A DNA stretch of 64,000 nucleotides from Schmidtea polychroa (taxonomy: Eukaryota), in assembly GCA_044892525.1 (NCBI GenBank), contig CM097885.1, positions 122,078,001 through 122,142,000 on the forward strand, written 5' to 3'. The position numbers and the translations under genes are program-made. The notes under the pieces were generated by a model. The model was not told the origin of the DNA. It did not search any database and saw only the letters and a program-made list of their open reading frames with translations. Positions 50,260-62,205 of this stretch are shown one piece after another (the first letter of the stretch is position 1; each line of letters opens with the position of its first letter).

Positions 50260-51766
50260 TGGTGACGACCATATTGGTGCTTTACATAACGGCTGGGAAT
50301 CCATGAACAGGTGAGCTCCTTTGTTAGAACTACTCTTCATGGTATTCTCTATTCCAGTCCTAGAATGCCGATAGAAGGCCTTGCATCACTGTAAACGAAA
50401 TTCGGTGAGATTCGTTCGAAAACCCCTGGTCCAATTGAGGTTACCACTCCTATCATTCTCATACACATTCACACCACTAGCTGTAAAAATCGCAACATTA
50501 CCGAGAATGGATCAAAGCAAAATTCCACTAATGTATATTAACATTAAAACACTTTACAATTTATCATCGTTCAATGCTCCAGAGTTCTATAAAGAACAGA
50601 TGCAATCACATATTTAAGATATTTTTGTCAAATTACTGTCGATGAAAAGATCTTTCAAAGGGTAGCAGGATTAATTTACAACCCCGTGCTCCGGTTTGGT
50701 CCGTTGACCAAAACCTACTGTCATCGACTTCTTGTAACATGAGGTTGAGGTCGGCTTCTAGTTGCGCGTCATAAGCCCATGGATTAGCTGCTACGGGCAC
50801 CATCCTAAATGAAGGTGGCTGAGTGACCACTGGTAACAACGTTACTCCCGGCTTGGCTAGAAGAGGGGCGGAAAACAGAGCAGCCTCCACGGCGGTTAGT
50901 TCGTTCCGTTTACGTTTTGATCGTTCTGCGCGGGTGAGACGTTTATTTTTGGACAAGAGCTGGTATTAACAACGGTTGGCAGGTTGCCGACTAGTTGCGG
51001 AACGACTGCTGACGCTGATGCTTTGAGTGGAGCCACACTTGTGCCAACATACAGAACATCGGGAGTGGGGAGGGGAGATTCCATACCGTGATTCAGACAC
51101 GAAGTCCTGGTTGATGACTAGAGATTGTCAAAAAGATGATGTACGGGAAAGACGTTATCCCAATTGGAGGTGGGGCATTCCGAAATTCGTTTCCTCAATT
51201 CCGACTCCGAGTAGATACGGTGTAGAGTTTCCGATTGTGACTTGATGGTGAGCCTCAAGTTTTGATTCTCTTCTAGGAGACTGTATTTACAGTGCTCCAA
51301 TCTCAATATCTTTCGGTTCGCCTCTTTCATTCGGGGCGGGGCAAACCCTGTGCGTTCGAGAAAATCGATTTGCTTCTTTAGAGTCCCTACTTTCAGCTGT
51401 TTTTGCTTCAGGACTACAATAATATCCGCGCACGAGAAGCACGGTTGGATACCCGATCTCAGTAGAGTTGGGTCAGACATTTCTGTAATGAAAGTTGTTT
51501 AACGAAAATTTACGAAAAATTGTCAGGAGAGTGAGTCTGTTAAAAAAATCATTATCGATTATCCAAATTCATTTATCCAAACATTCAAGCGGATGGAAGA
51601 AGGAAAAGTTGATTCAACCGGGGAATGACGATGAAAATTCAGGAACCAGTTGCACCTTCTACATATATACTATCATAAGGTATCTTACCGAATGCAGTCG
51701 AATTTATCACTAGGGACCATCTTGTCAATCAGGTTTGTCAATTTAACAATACGAAAGCTTAATACG
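50260..51766 (-). other. Unclassified coding region: coiled-coil ORF (51118-51480), ORF 50633-50956, then a Z-repeat segment
   Basis: GC-richer; the 50260-50385 segment aligns without gaps to 57534-57659. Confidence 0.5.
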
Positions 51767-53590
51767 TGTTATTGTATTCGTAGATTTATATTTGGTTTTT
51801 TTTATATTTGTGTGATTGATATATGATTGCCTATGTAACAGAGATTTGAAGGGCCCAGCCGAGTCACCAGTAAATAAACTGTGTCGGGACAGCTGGGGTG
51901 AATGTATGTAAGTTAAAAAATATTACAATAATCAAAGGAACAATACTCTAAAATTACAACTTATATTAAAACTAAAAAAACAATAAATTATATACGCACT
52001 TTATATTGTAATCAGTCCTTTGCTCACTAATAGATGGCCGAGGAATCTCTTTGTATCCAGGTGAATTAATATCTCTAATATGTCTAATATATCTTCCTGG
52101 CCTTTCGTACAATTCCACTGTTTGAGTTCCTCTGATATCTGATTGTTGTCAGACAGTTTTATAGGTAAATAAGACTGGCGAAGAATCTTTTGATACTGAG
52201 ATCTTAAATTTTATATATCTTCGACTTCTTTATTTCTATTTTCTGGTTTCTAAGTTTATTTTCTTGGCAATATGGTTTCAGTTTATTTGGCTTCTGTTTT
52301 CTTTGGCACTTGGTTTCTTCTTTGGATAATATTTTGTTAATAAATTGAGTCAATTTGATTTGGTTTTCTTTTATATCCACGTTTATTTCACACGATTATC
52401 TTTAGCCTCGGCGTTAGGGAGTTATAGATTTTAAAATTTTATTATCAATTTTTTAATTTTTCATTTTACTATAGCGATAATTTACCATTGTAAATTATCG
52501 CTGTAATGTATAGTGTAATGTATAGTTATTTTTTTTTATTTCAGCGTTCACGATTAGGAATCGTGAATATTATAATATAAATCACCACCATCTGGAAAAT
52601 CCAGATTTTCAAAAAAACTATATAGCGATAATTTACTATGGTAAATTATCGCTATAGGAAATTGAAAAATTAAAAAAAAATCGATAAAAAAGATTTCGTA
52701 TATTAAAATTAATATTAAAGCAAGTTGTAACAAGTTGAAAATAAAGTCCTCAATTTCGATTCCAACCGTTAATTAAACATACCAGTTCCTTATAAAATCA
52801 GAGATCAATTTCAAATCTATTTGTAGACCAGGATTTGCTTTCGGATACGAGAACAAGGATAAAGGTTGAAATCCCGAAAATAATAATAATAAAATTAAAG
52901 CAAGTTGCAGCAAATTGAAAATAAAGTCCTCCATTTCAATCCCAAACCTATTTGTAGACCAGGATTTGTGTTAGGATACGAGAACAAGGATAAAGGTTGG
53001 AATCTCGAAAATAATAATAAGAAATAATAAGAATCCTAAGTACGAGCTAAAGAGTCAAAACCCTACAATTAATTTATTAATTGAACACAGTATTAAGACA
53101 CAAGAAAGAATCAAATTCAGATTAAACTATCTTAAACAACAAATTTCCAGTCCTATATCCAGGCAAAGGCCGATCTATCTTAAACCTCAAATCTACAGTC
53201 CTTACAGTCCTATATCCCGACAAAGGTCTAGATTCAAGTCGTAGTTAAACTACCTCCGAACTCAAGGTCTTAAAATTTTTATTTTGAATAAAAGTTTTGT
53301 TCCAATATATATTATCGTTTATTATTATTTTTATTTTACTTGTTATTACACAACACGCACCCCGATTGTCCCGCCACAAGTTTTAACGGAGACTCTTTCG
53401 GGCTCATCAGATTTCTAATCTAACATTACAACCTCATACCACATACAAAAACAAAATAGTCAAAAAAATAATATAACAATCGCTATATAGTTTCTTTAAT
53501 TAATTTCGTAATGAGGCTTACGTCCAACGAAATGGGCCAACGTCCCGTCCCCTTGTTAAAACATAAAAAAGAACAAAGTTGTACATTACT
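51767..53590 (-). mobile_element. 3' LTR (family A) of Gypsy copy 2, interrupted by a solo LTR
   Basis: Follows PPT AGGGGGAAG (53594-53602); contains the palindrome (52470-), hairpin 51854-51897 and ATAACA end at 51767. Confidence 0.8.
52502..53478 (+). mobile_element. Family-A solo LTR with 5-bp TSD
   Basis: TGTAAT..ATAACA, TSD ATCGC at 52497-52501 and 53479-53483; palindrome 52621-52656; internal tandem duplication; hairpin 53361-53402. Confidence 0.9.
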
Positions 53591-56500
53591 TAACTTCCCC
53601 CTGTAAAACCGGAGGTTAACATGGATCAATCAAATGTAACCAAAAAAAAACATTCCATAACCTTTTTTTCTATATATGTTTTTATATGTATTTTGTGTCT
53701 GTTTTTTTTAATATGCAACCTAGATAAAACAATAAAAAATTTACAACCAGTTTCATAATTACAAGGAAATAAATAAAACTGTACAATTAAGCATTGTTTT
53801 TGTGTGTTTTGTTTTTGTGTTGGTGTTTTAATTAAGGCAATCGCTGTATCGTTTTTTGTATAGGGGTGTGATTATTGTATCTTTGTCAAATAGTTTGATT
53901 GAGTTTTTGTGGTTAAATGTGATGTTTTTGTGAAATGGTTGTGTTTTCGTTTGTGTTTGTGTTTTGTTTTCTGGTGTATTGTTTTGTGGGTTTTCGTTCT
54001 GGTGAAAGGGTTTTATTCGTCTTATGTTTATTTTCATTTTGTTGTTGTTTTTGATTATTGTGGCGACGTTTTTGTTAATTTCTAGGAGTTTGAATGGACC
54101 TTCGCATTTGGATTCAAAACCATTTGTGAATGGTTTTTTTATTAGGATGAAATCTGTTGTTAGTACTATTTTTCCATCCAATTCAGAGTCCGGTCTCCTT
54201 TTTAAAATTCTTTTTGATTTCTGTTCGGTGGTTTCGCTATTTTTGTTTGTTATTTGTTTAATGTTTTCAGTGATTTTAGTTGTATTTGATTTAAGTGATG
54301 GCGAATTTGTTGCTTTTCCAAATACCTTGTATGCTGGACTTTTGTTATCTAATGAGTTTGGGCTATTTCTCAGTCCGATTAGTATTGTGGGTAGTTGATT
54401 TAACCATTTTTCATATTGGCTTTTGTCCTGATGCTTTCTTTTAATGTTCTGTGAAACCGTTCAATTTTCCCGTTTGATTGTGGATTGTACGCTGTTGTTC
54501 GGTTCCTTTTGATGTTGTATTTGTTGCAGAGTATTTTGAACATTTCTGATTCGAGCTGTCTGCCTTGGTCAGTTATGATTGTTTTCGGTTGGCCATAACG
54601 AGCTATCCAATTTAGTTCGATCATTTCACAGATATTTTTTGCGCTGATTTCTTTTATTGGGATTACTTCGAACCAGTTGGATTTCCTGTCTATAATTGTC
54701 AGCAGGTATTTGAAGTTGTCGTTTAGTGGTAGTGGTCCTACCACACCTGTGTGTATCGTTTCAAAAACTTCGCTGTTTGGGAAGTTTACTTTTTGTGTTT
54801 TGAGTTTTTTTGTTGTTTTGTTTAGTTGACAGCTGTGACAACTTTTGACATAGTTTTTGTTTCCCGGGTGGTTAATCATCTGTATCTTTTCGATACAGTT
54901 TTGGCGGAATTCCTCCGGGAGTAATATTCGTTTGTTGCTTTCGTTGGAGACGTCGTGCCATACTCCGTTGTGTTCTGTGTTTAGTGGAGAGTTTGTTAAT
55001 TGTTTCGTTTTGTTTGGATTTGATTTGATCCAATTCGATTATCTCTTCGAATTACAGGGAGTTTATGTCACTTTCATTTCTTGATAAAGCGTCCGCTGCT
55101 ATGTTTGATTTTCCCGCTACGCAGTTTATTGTGCAGTTGAATTGTGAAATGAAGTTGATTTGTCTGATCTGCCTTGGTGAGGGGTTCTTCATTTCGAATG
55201 CGTTAGTTAGCGGTTTGTGATCTGTAAATATTTTGAAGTTTCGTCCTTCGAGTAAATGTTTGAAATGTTTGATTGCTTCGTGTATTGCCAGGAGTTCTCT
55301 GTCGAATTTTGAGTATCTTGTTTGGTGTGACTTTAGTTTTTTAGAGAAGAATCCTAGTGGTTGTTTGCCGAATTTGTTTTCATGGAAAATTGTTGCGCCC
55401 ATTGCAAAACCTAAACAGTCTGTTGTTAGTTGGTAATCTAGCTCTGGATCTGAGTTGCCGTTGAAAGACTTTCTTTGGCTTTCTCGAAAGTATCGGTTGT
55501 TTGTTGTGTCCAGTTTATTGTGACATTCCGTTTTGTTTTGATAAGGTCGTTTAGTGGTGCTAGTAATTTACTACAGTTTGGGATATAAGAATGGTAAAAG
55601 TTTACCATTCCTAGAAATCTCCTCAGCTCTCTTGTATTTGTAGGCAGTTTGTAATTTTTTATGTTGTATTTTTTGTTTTCAATTGGTTGTGTTCCTTTGT
55701 CGTTCAGTGTGTGACCAAGGAAATTTATTTCAGCTTTCATGAATTCACATTTTTGTATGTTTATTTTCAATTTTGATTTGTTCAGCGTTTCGAATACTTT
55801 TTCGACGTCTTTTAGGCGTGTTTCTTTGTCTGGGCTAGTTATTAGGATGTCGTCTAGATAAGCAATTGTGTTTTTATTGGTTTTCATTGTTTAGTCCATG
55901 AATCTTTGGAAAGTGGCTGCGGCGTTTCGTAAACCGAAAGGCATTCTATTGTATTCGAACATTCCTATTGGTGTTGTTATTGCTGTCTTTTTGACGTCCT
56001 CTTTTCTAATTGGTATCTGGTGATATGCTTTTTGCAAGTCTATTTTTGAGAAGTATTTGGCGCCGTTTATTCGGTTTATTATGTCTTTTATTATAGGTAA
56101 TGGGTAGCTATCTGGTTCAGTTATTTTATTCAGAAGTCTGTAATCGCCACAAGCTCTCGATTCGCCATTAGCTTTTTGTTTTAGCATCAATGCTGAAGAC
56201 CATTCAGAGTTTGAATGTCTGACTATGTTGTTTTCCAATAGTTCGTTGAAAATGTTTTTTGTGATTTCTGTTTTTTTTGGGATTCAGTGGTCTTACTTTT
56301 GCATGTACTGGATTTCCATTTGTCAATATTGCGTGTTCGTCATCGAATTGGACTGGTTCCATTAGTTCTTTGTATCGTTCTAGGATTTTGTTGATTTCTG
56401 GTGTAATTTTTTCTGGATTAGTTTTGTTGTTTGTGTCAATTTTTGTCAATTTTTGGTTTCTCTCTGTTGCTCATGATGTATTGTGATGTTGTTGTATCGG

Positions 56501-56780
56501 TATTTTCTAATATTTGTTTGTTTTTGCAATCCACTAGGAGGTTGTATTTTGTTAGGAAATCTGCTCCTATTATTTCTTGTTGAACGTCAGCTATAGTGAA
56601 TGTCCAGTTGTAATTTTTTGTTTTATATTCAGATTTAGTGTCTGTTGTCCGAATGTTTTGATGCTTGTTCCGTTGGCTGCTGTTAACGGTTTATCTGCAG
56701 TTTTTGTATTTTTATACATGTAGTGTGGCAGTAATGAGATCACCGAACCGGTGTCTATTAGAAATTCTATGTTGCTGTAT
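53591..56780 (-). mobile_element. Gypsy (Mag-like) internal region, copy 2 (protease-RT-RH-INT), gag missing
   Basis: Close paralog of 21326-25800; AYLDDILI, FDRELLAI..FTDHKPL, QSNGKIERFHR; frameshifted. Confidence 0.93.
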
Positions 56781-57745
56781 TGTTATGAGATAATAAAATG
56801 TTATAGTAAATTTAGTTTGGTTAATTTCTTGCTCATTATCTTAATTTTGTTTGGTTCCTTTTTAATATTTAATTCGAAATGAATTTCTAGTAATTCTTAG
56901 TTTACATGAAGGTTATCTAATTTGACTTTTATGAATATTTTTCTGATTTAGGTATGCCCCCAGATTGGAATGCGTTTGTGAACCGTTGGCACTCGTGCCG
57001 ATGGACAGCAGATACGGTCCAGTTTGCCACATCTTTCGATGGGGTATAGTTAGAGATAGAGTCGATGGGAGGAAAAGAGTCATTTTGGACAGTTTAGAAC
57101 CTTGTTTTAAATGGAGGTAGCATAGGGCGGGTCCGTCACCATTATTTTTATGAATTATTGAGTCAGGAGTAGTGACAGAGTAACTAAGATCGGTTGTAGG
57201 TAGATAAGATTCAGTTTGGGTAATCTTATAGAATCTACGAATGGTTAGATGTCAAATAGGGCAAAATTAGAGATACAGACAGATCCCTACTCAAAATTTA
57301 TGGGAAATATGGAAATATTTGTTAACTTGGAAATAAAGGCCGATCCCTGCTCAAAACATTTGGAAGATAAATTAAATCTTCATAAATAGGACGAGAAACA
57401 CATAGTAACATTTACTAACAAAAAGAGAAGGGTGGATCCCTACACAAAATGTTTGAAGAGAACCATAGAAAACATCCAGAAATGAGGATCATATGTCAAT
57501 GATCCAACGATAGAAATAGACAATGAATAATGATGTAAGACCTTCTATCGGCAGTCCAGAACCCGAAAGGAAAATACAATGAGGTGTAGTTTTAGCAATA
57601 GAGCTCACCTGCTCATTGATTTTCAATCATTGTGTACAGTGCCAACATGGTCGTCGCCATGGGTACATAGATGGTCTAAAGTACAAGAGTCATGAAGGTT
57701 TAAGAAGGAGTCGATTTCACATCTATATTACCCCTTACACATTTA
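56781..57745 (+). repeat. Unclassified 'Z' repeat copy
   Basis: Starts TGTTATGAG where the Gypsy breaks off; three in-frame GATCCCT repeats (57282, 57342, 57435); conserved motif at 57539. Confidence 0.65.
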
Positions 57746-57829
57746 AATATAATATATATTGATCATTTTATTCTGATCTTCATTGTGATGTTTCTGTCAA
57801 ATGAATTCGATATTGAGATCTTTTCATTG

Positions 57830-58560
57830 AATTTGTTCGTTGTGTATATTGCACCCGTTCGAATTCAGAAATCGGAAAAATTCAATTAAGACTTCGAGTA
57901 TTCCAACATCAAAGCATCTCCTTAAGTGCTACCAGAAACCTTGCTTGCACGTGGAGAAGAATTCATTTTTATTTTTTCTTTTCTTTAAAAAAAACTATAT
58001 AGCGATAATTTACCAAGGTAAATTATCGCTATAGAAAATTGATTAGTTTTAAAAAATTCAATAAAAGAAATTAAGAAAGATATAACTACGGAAATTTCCT
58101 ATTTTTGAACAATTGAAGGAATTATTAAAAACCAAGAAGACAGAATCAACCAATCTCAATTTACTAAATTTCCCGATTAAAGAACCAACTCCAAGATATC
58201 AAAGTTTAGTCCAACTAAGCCAACAATAATAACTTAAAACTCTTTTGATTTCAATCAACAAATTTCAATCAAAACTTGCTAAATTTCCCGATTAAATAAT
58301 TAACAATCTCAAAAGACGACGACTGCGGTTCGTGATATCCCAATTAAATAAGGTCTTTTAATTTGTTTAATAAAAGTTTGAATTGTAGTTTATTAGTTCT
58401 ATTTGGTTAATTTTATTATATATTTTAATATATTTTTACACACATTCACCCATACTGTCCCGTGACAGTTTATTTACTGGTGACTTGGCTGGGCTCTTCA
58501 AATTTCTTTTACACACACGATCATACATTAAATAAATACTTAAATAATACGCACATAACA
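57830..58560 (+). mobile_element. Family-A LTR (5' boundary approximate)
   Basis: Palindrome 57998-58033, AAGGTCTT..AATAAA, hairpin 58449-58493, ATAACA end at 58560. Confidence 0.78.
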
Positions 58561-59470
58561 GCAGGAATCTCCTAACAATATATATACAACCAATTTCAAC
58601 AGAGACTCAGAGCAAAGTCGACAGAAAATGTTTGTTGTGAGTGCTCCAAACAGTCCAACCATAAGATAGAAAGAGAAAATAAATGAAGGGTTAAGAATTT
58701 CTCCCCTTATGCCGTAACTGGCCGATGTAATAAATAATAAAACTTTGATTTTTTTTTATATATAACTAGATTTAACACTATTCAATGACCGGATTTTTTA
58801 TATATAAGATATTAAGATGATATTTGTTGAGATCAGTGAAGGACCATGCTCGCTCATTGTAATCTCAAATGAGACAATTCTGATGAACTACAAATAAGAA
58901 ATTAATTCTCTGAAGAATACAACATTTGGTCGAGAATTATCGAGATAAAGCAGCGTATCAAAACATGGGGATTGGTAATTAGTGGCAAATGAGAATCTGA
59001 AGACAAAATAAAATTGAAATTGATGAAATTGATGAGAGGTTTCTAGGAGGGTCGGAGTGCGGTTATGAGGAGAGAGGAGGCTCAGCGAGATTATTATTAT
59101 AGAGTTATTTTATCGAATAATATAGAAATGAGCAATGTTGGTGAATATTTCATCAAAGGTTTAGTAATTAATGGTCGTAAGGAGAAAATTGATGCTTTTA
59201 ATGATATTTTTATATTTAATGGAGAAAGATCGAGCATGACAAATTGTGACATTTCGATGTGACTATGTGGTACAAGGCGAGAATTGGTATATATTAGTAA
59301 GGATATGCTTGTTAGAGGGAGGTTCGAAAACTCTTCATGTAGGAACCGACTTGGGATATGTCGAACGATTTTATTAATGAATTAAATGAATTAATAAACT
59401 CACGAAGGATGAAAAAATAAATTACAAGAAGGCAATATTAAACAAAATTAAAGAAGAGTTGTGTTCAGAT

Positions 59471-60769
59471 TAGGGTTTCTGGATACTGTTTAACAGTAAC
59501 AGTAAAACAGCTGTTTTTTCATAACTGTTTTTAACTGTTTTTCAGTAAAACTTAAAGTTCACTGTTAAAAAAATGACGGGTTTTCCCGTCATTAAGAACC
59601 AGAAAACACGTCATTCAGCGTTCTTTTCTCAATTTTTTCTGAATTGACCTGTCTCGCGTCATTTAATCGTCTTAACCCGTCATTTACGCATCATTTATCT
59701 CGCGTCATATGCTAGGCAAATCAATGGACAGCCTTTGCTTAACATGCCACACAACGCGACCGCTTTCCATTCAAGGTCAACAGTCAATGCATTGTCTAGA
59801 CGTCTAGACATAGCACCACTTATATATAAATGAACAGCACTGGTTTGTGTTTATTTTCACATTATAAAATAAGCATTGCAACTTTTACCGTTAATTAAAA
59901 CCGAAGCATCAATTCGTGAGACTCTTCAGGATTTCAAAGCACTCGATCTGATTGAAAACTTTGATCTTGGCGCTCTGAAATCATTGCTAGCAGCAATGGA
60001 GCCAGTTAAGCTAGCAGTAGAGAATCTTAGCAGAGAGGACTCAACTTTAATGAGCGCGGATACAATTTTAAATTTTATGTTCACAAAACTATCGAACATT
60101 AAAAATGAAATTGCAGAGAAATTACTGGAAAATCTAAAGCAGCGAGTTGGTGAAAGACTCAATCCCGACCTAATGAATCTCTTACGCAGCCTGAAAGATC
60201 CATCGATTGTGCCTTCGAGAAGCACGATTAATTTTGCAGGAAGTCTTGCAAAACGACTATTTGAAGTTGCTGACGAAGATACTGGCGATCAATTACCTCA
60301 TGAAGAAATATCTGTAAATTTATCAATGCAGGAGGAACTAAATGCTTTGCTTCAAAAAAGTGAAACTACAGTCACACCAGCTAATGATGCTGTCAGGTGG
60401 CTAAAGTCGGAATTTACACTTTTCAAGAACACTGGACAGCAAACTGAAAACCTACAAAAACTCTTTAATGCCATTTTACCATCAAACCCACTTCCACGGA
60501 CGTAGAACGCGTTTTTTCGGTCACCTCAAGATTTTGCACAAAAATTCGATCTCGTCTATCAGATAAATCACTCCAAGCATTGGTCTTTTTGAAATATTAT
60601 TATAATAAATCAAATAAATAATTAAAAGGCTTTAATTTCATATTAAAAAATTTTTTTCCTTACATTATTGACAGTAAAAACAATTAAAAACAGTAAAACA
60701 GCTGTTTTTTAAAAATCAGAAACAGTTAAACAGCTGTTTTTTGAAAACCACTGTTTTTCAGAAACCCTA
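59471..60769 (+). mobile_element. Internally deleted hAT (Ac/hobo-type), 1299 bp
   Basis: TIRs TAGGGTTTCTG / CAGAAACCCTA, perfect 8-bp TSD gttcagat; C-terminal PTSTDVERVFS..KIRSRLSDKSL motif across a frameshift. Confidence 0.94.
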
Positions 60770-60972
60770 GTTCAGATATTAAATAGCATGATAAGCTTGA
60801 GTTGATGAAAACACTAAAAAGTAATGAAAATATTTTCAGTAAATACAAGATGGACATGGAAAATCTGATGAAGTGAAACATTACATTGATACCGGAAATG
60901 CAAAACCAATACCGTTTAAGTCACGAAGGGTTCCGATAGAAGAGGTTGATCATATGTAAAAGATTTTTTTAG

Positions 60973-62205
60973 TGGTGGGTTACAGGTAATCAAACATTTT
61001 ACACATCGTGCTATTTCCAGCGTAACCCAGAATACAATTGAAGTTTGACCACTTGATACCTGTTGAGTGATCAACATTGGTAATGTACCAAAGGTTGGAG
61101 TACTAGCAGAAAGTGAGCATACTCTGTATACTATAACTGTTCAGTACTCCTTTGGGTCCACGGACTGCCGTTAGAAGGCCTGTGTCCGATTTTCCAGGTC
61201 CCTCTGTTTTAGATTGTATTCCCGAATCTCCTTTCCTTATCATATAATGTGGATTATTGATGTAACGTTAATAAAATTATTTAATAACAATATAAGTTGT
61301 TAACTATATAAATTAAATAGCATGAATAATAATAATGGTTGGTAATATCTAAAGTTGATAATATAATTAGTATGAGTTAGTAACGGCCTTAGCTGAGTCT
61401 AGATCTTGATACGGGTAAGGCATATATACCATAATTTGAATTCTATTAGCCGGTAGTCCGAATGTTATTGGGACTATTGGCTTAGATATAACAATTTTCC
61501 TGGAGAATAATATGCTCTGAGTAATATAATTTGGATTTAGACTACCCAGCATAGCTTTTTTTCTTTTAAATTCTAGAACATTCTATTTTTGATTTTTATC
61601 GATTTTGATGGCGATATTTTCGTAATAATTTTTGTTGTTATTTTAAAAATTTTATTCTTAATTATTTTCTATTAAAGTTGCCTCCTTGATGGATTTGGGC
61701 ACTAACCAGAACATTCCATATTAAATTAAATCTATTTTTTATTTTAGAATTCCTTTTTGTGAATTCGTTTTTAAAATTTTTATATTTTAGCCTAAATTAT
61801 TTAATTTTCTTAATTTTTATTGTGTCGATTAGCGGCCATGACGGATCTCGCCATTTTTATGGATTGTTCTGGGATTTTGTTCAAAATTTTGACAAAACTT
61901 TCTCTATTTTAGATTTTTATGAAATTTCTCCTTTAATTTTCTAATTTTCATGAATCGCCTTTATTCGAATTTGTTTCTGTTGTTTTTAGGTTTTTCTGTT
62001 GTGCTTGAGTCAATTCTCGTGTGATACTTCTTGCTCGTGTTTTATTTTAGTTTTAATTCGGACGTTTTATTTTTTGGTTATATTATTTCTTTATTATCGT
62101 TGCTTACTTGGTGTTGTATTTATATTTAAGTAAACTTAATGCACGGTATTCGTGCTGTGTGCCACGAAATTTTGTCATAAATCACAATTGAGTTCTAGCT
62201 CAACA
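60973..62205 (-). mobile_element. 1233-bp TG..CA insertion with 4-bp TSD (solo-LTR-like, carries the Z motif)
   Basis: TTAG at 60969-72 and 62206-09; removing it rejoins pol (..KIFL|DAGIIRP). Confidence 0.7.

Noticed and set aside
50363-50400. YSDARPSIG resembles the Ngaro/DIRS RNase H start
   Set aside because: This frame hits a stop a few codons later and is less conserved than the alternative frame; no RT or tyrosine recombinase motifs nearby.
51854-51905. LTR hairpin as an HDV-like or twister ribozyme
   Set aside because: I could not build the required pseudoknots; it folds as a simple bulged stem-loop.
53385-53415. CTGATGAG..GAAA on the minus strand as a hammerhead ribozyme
   Set aside because: No stem II between the core motifs, no stems I/III, and the motif is absent from the four homologous LTR hairpins.
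57480-57700. TGA codons shared in frame by several Z copies, suggesting UGA=Trp recoding
   Set aside because: Two of the three shared TGAs are explained by conserved codons in an overlapping frame (aat gat, aat gag), TGG is also used, and the copies carry many TAA/TAG stops; too weak without intact copies.
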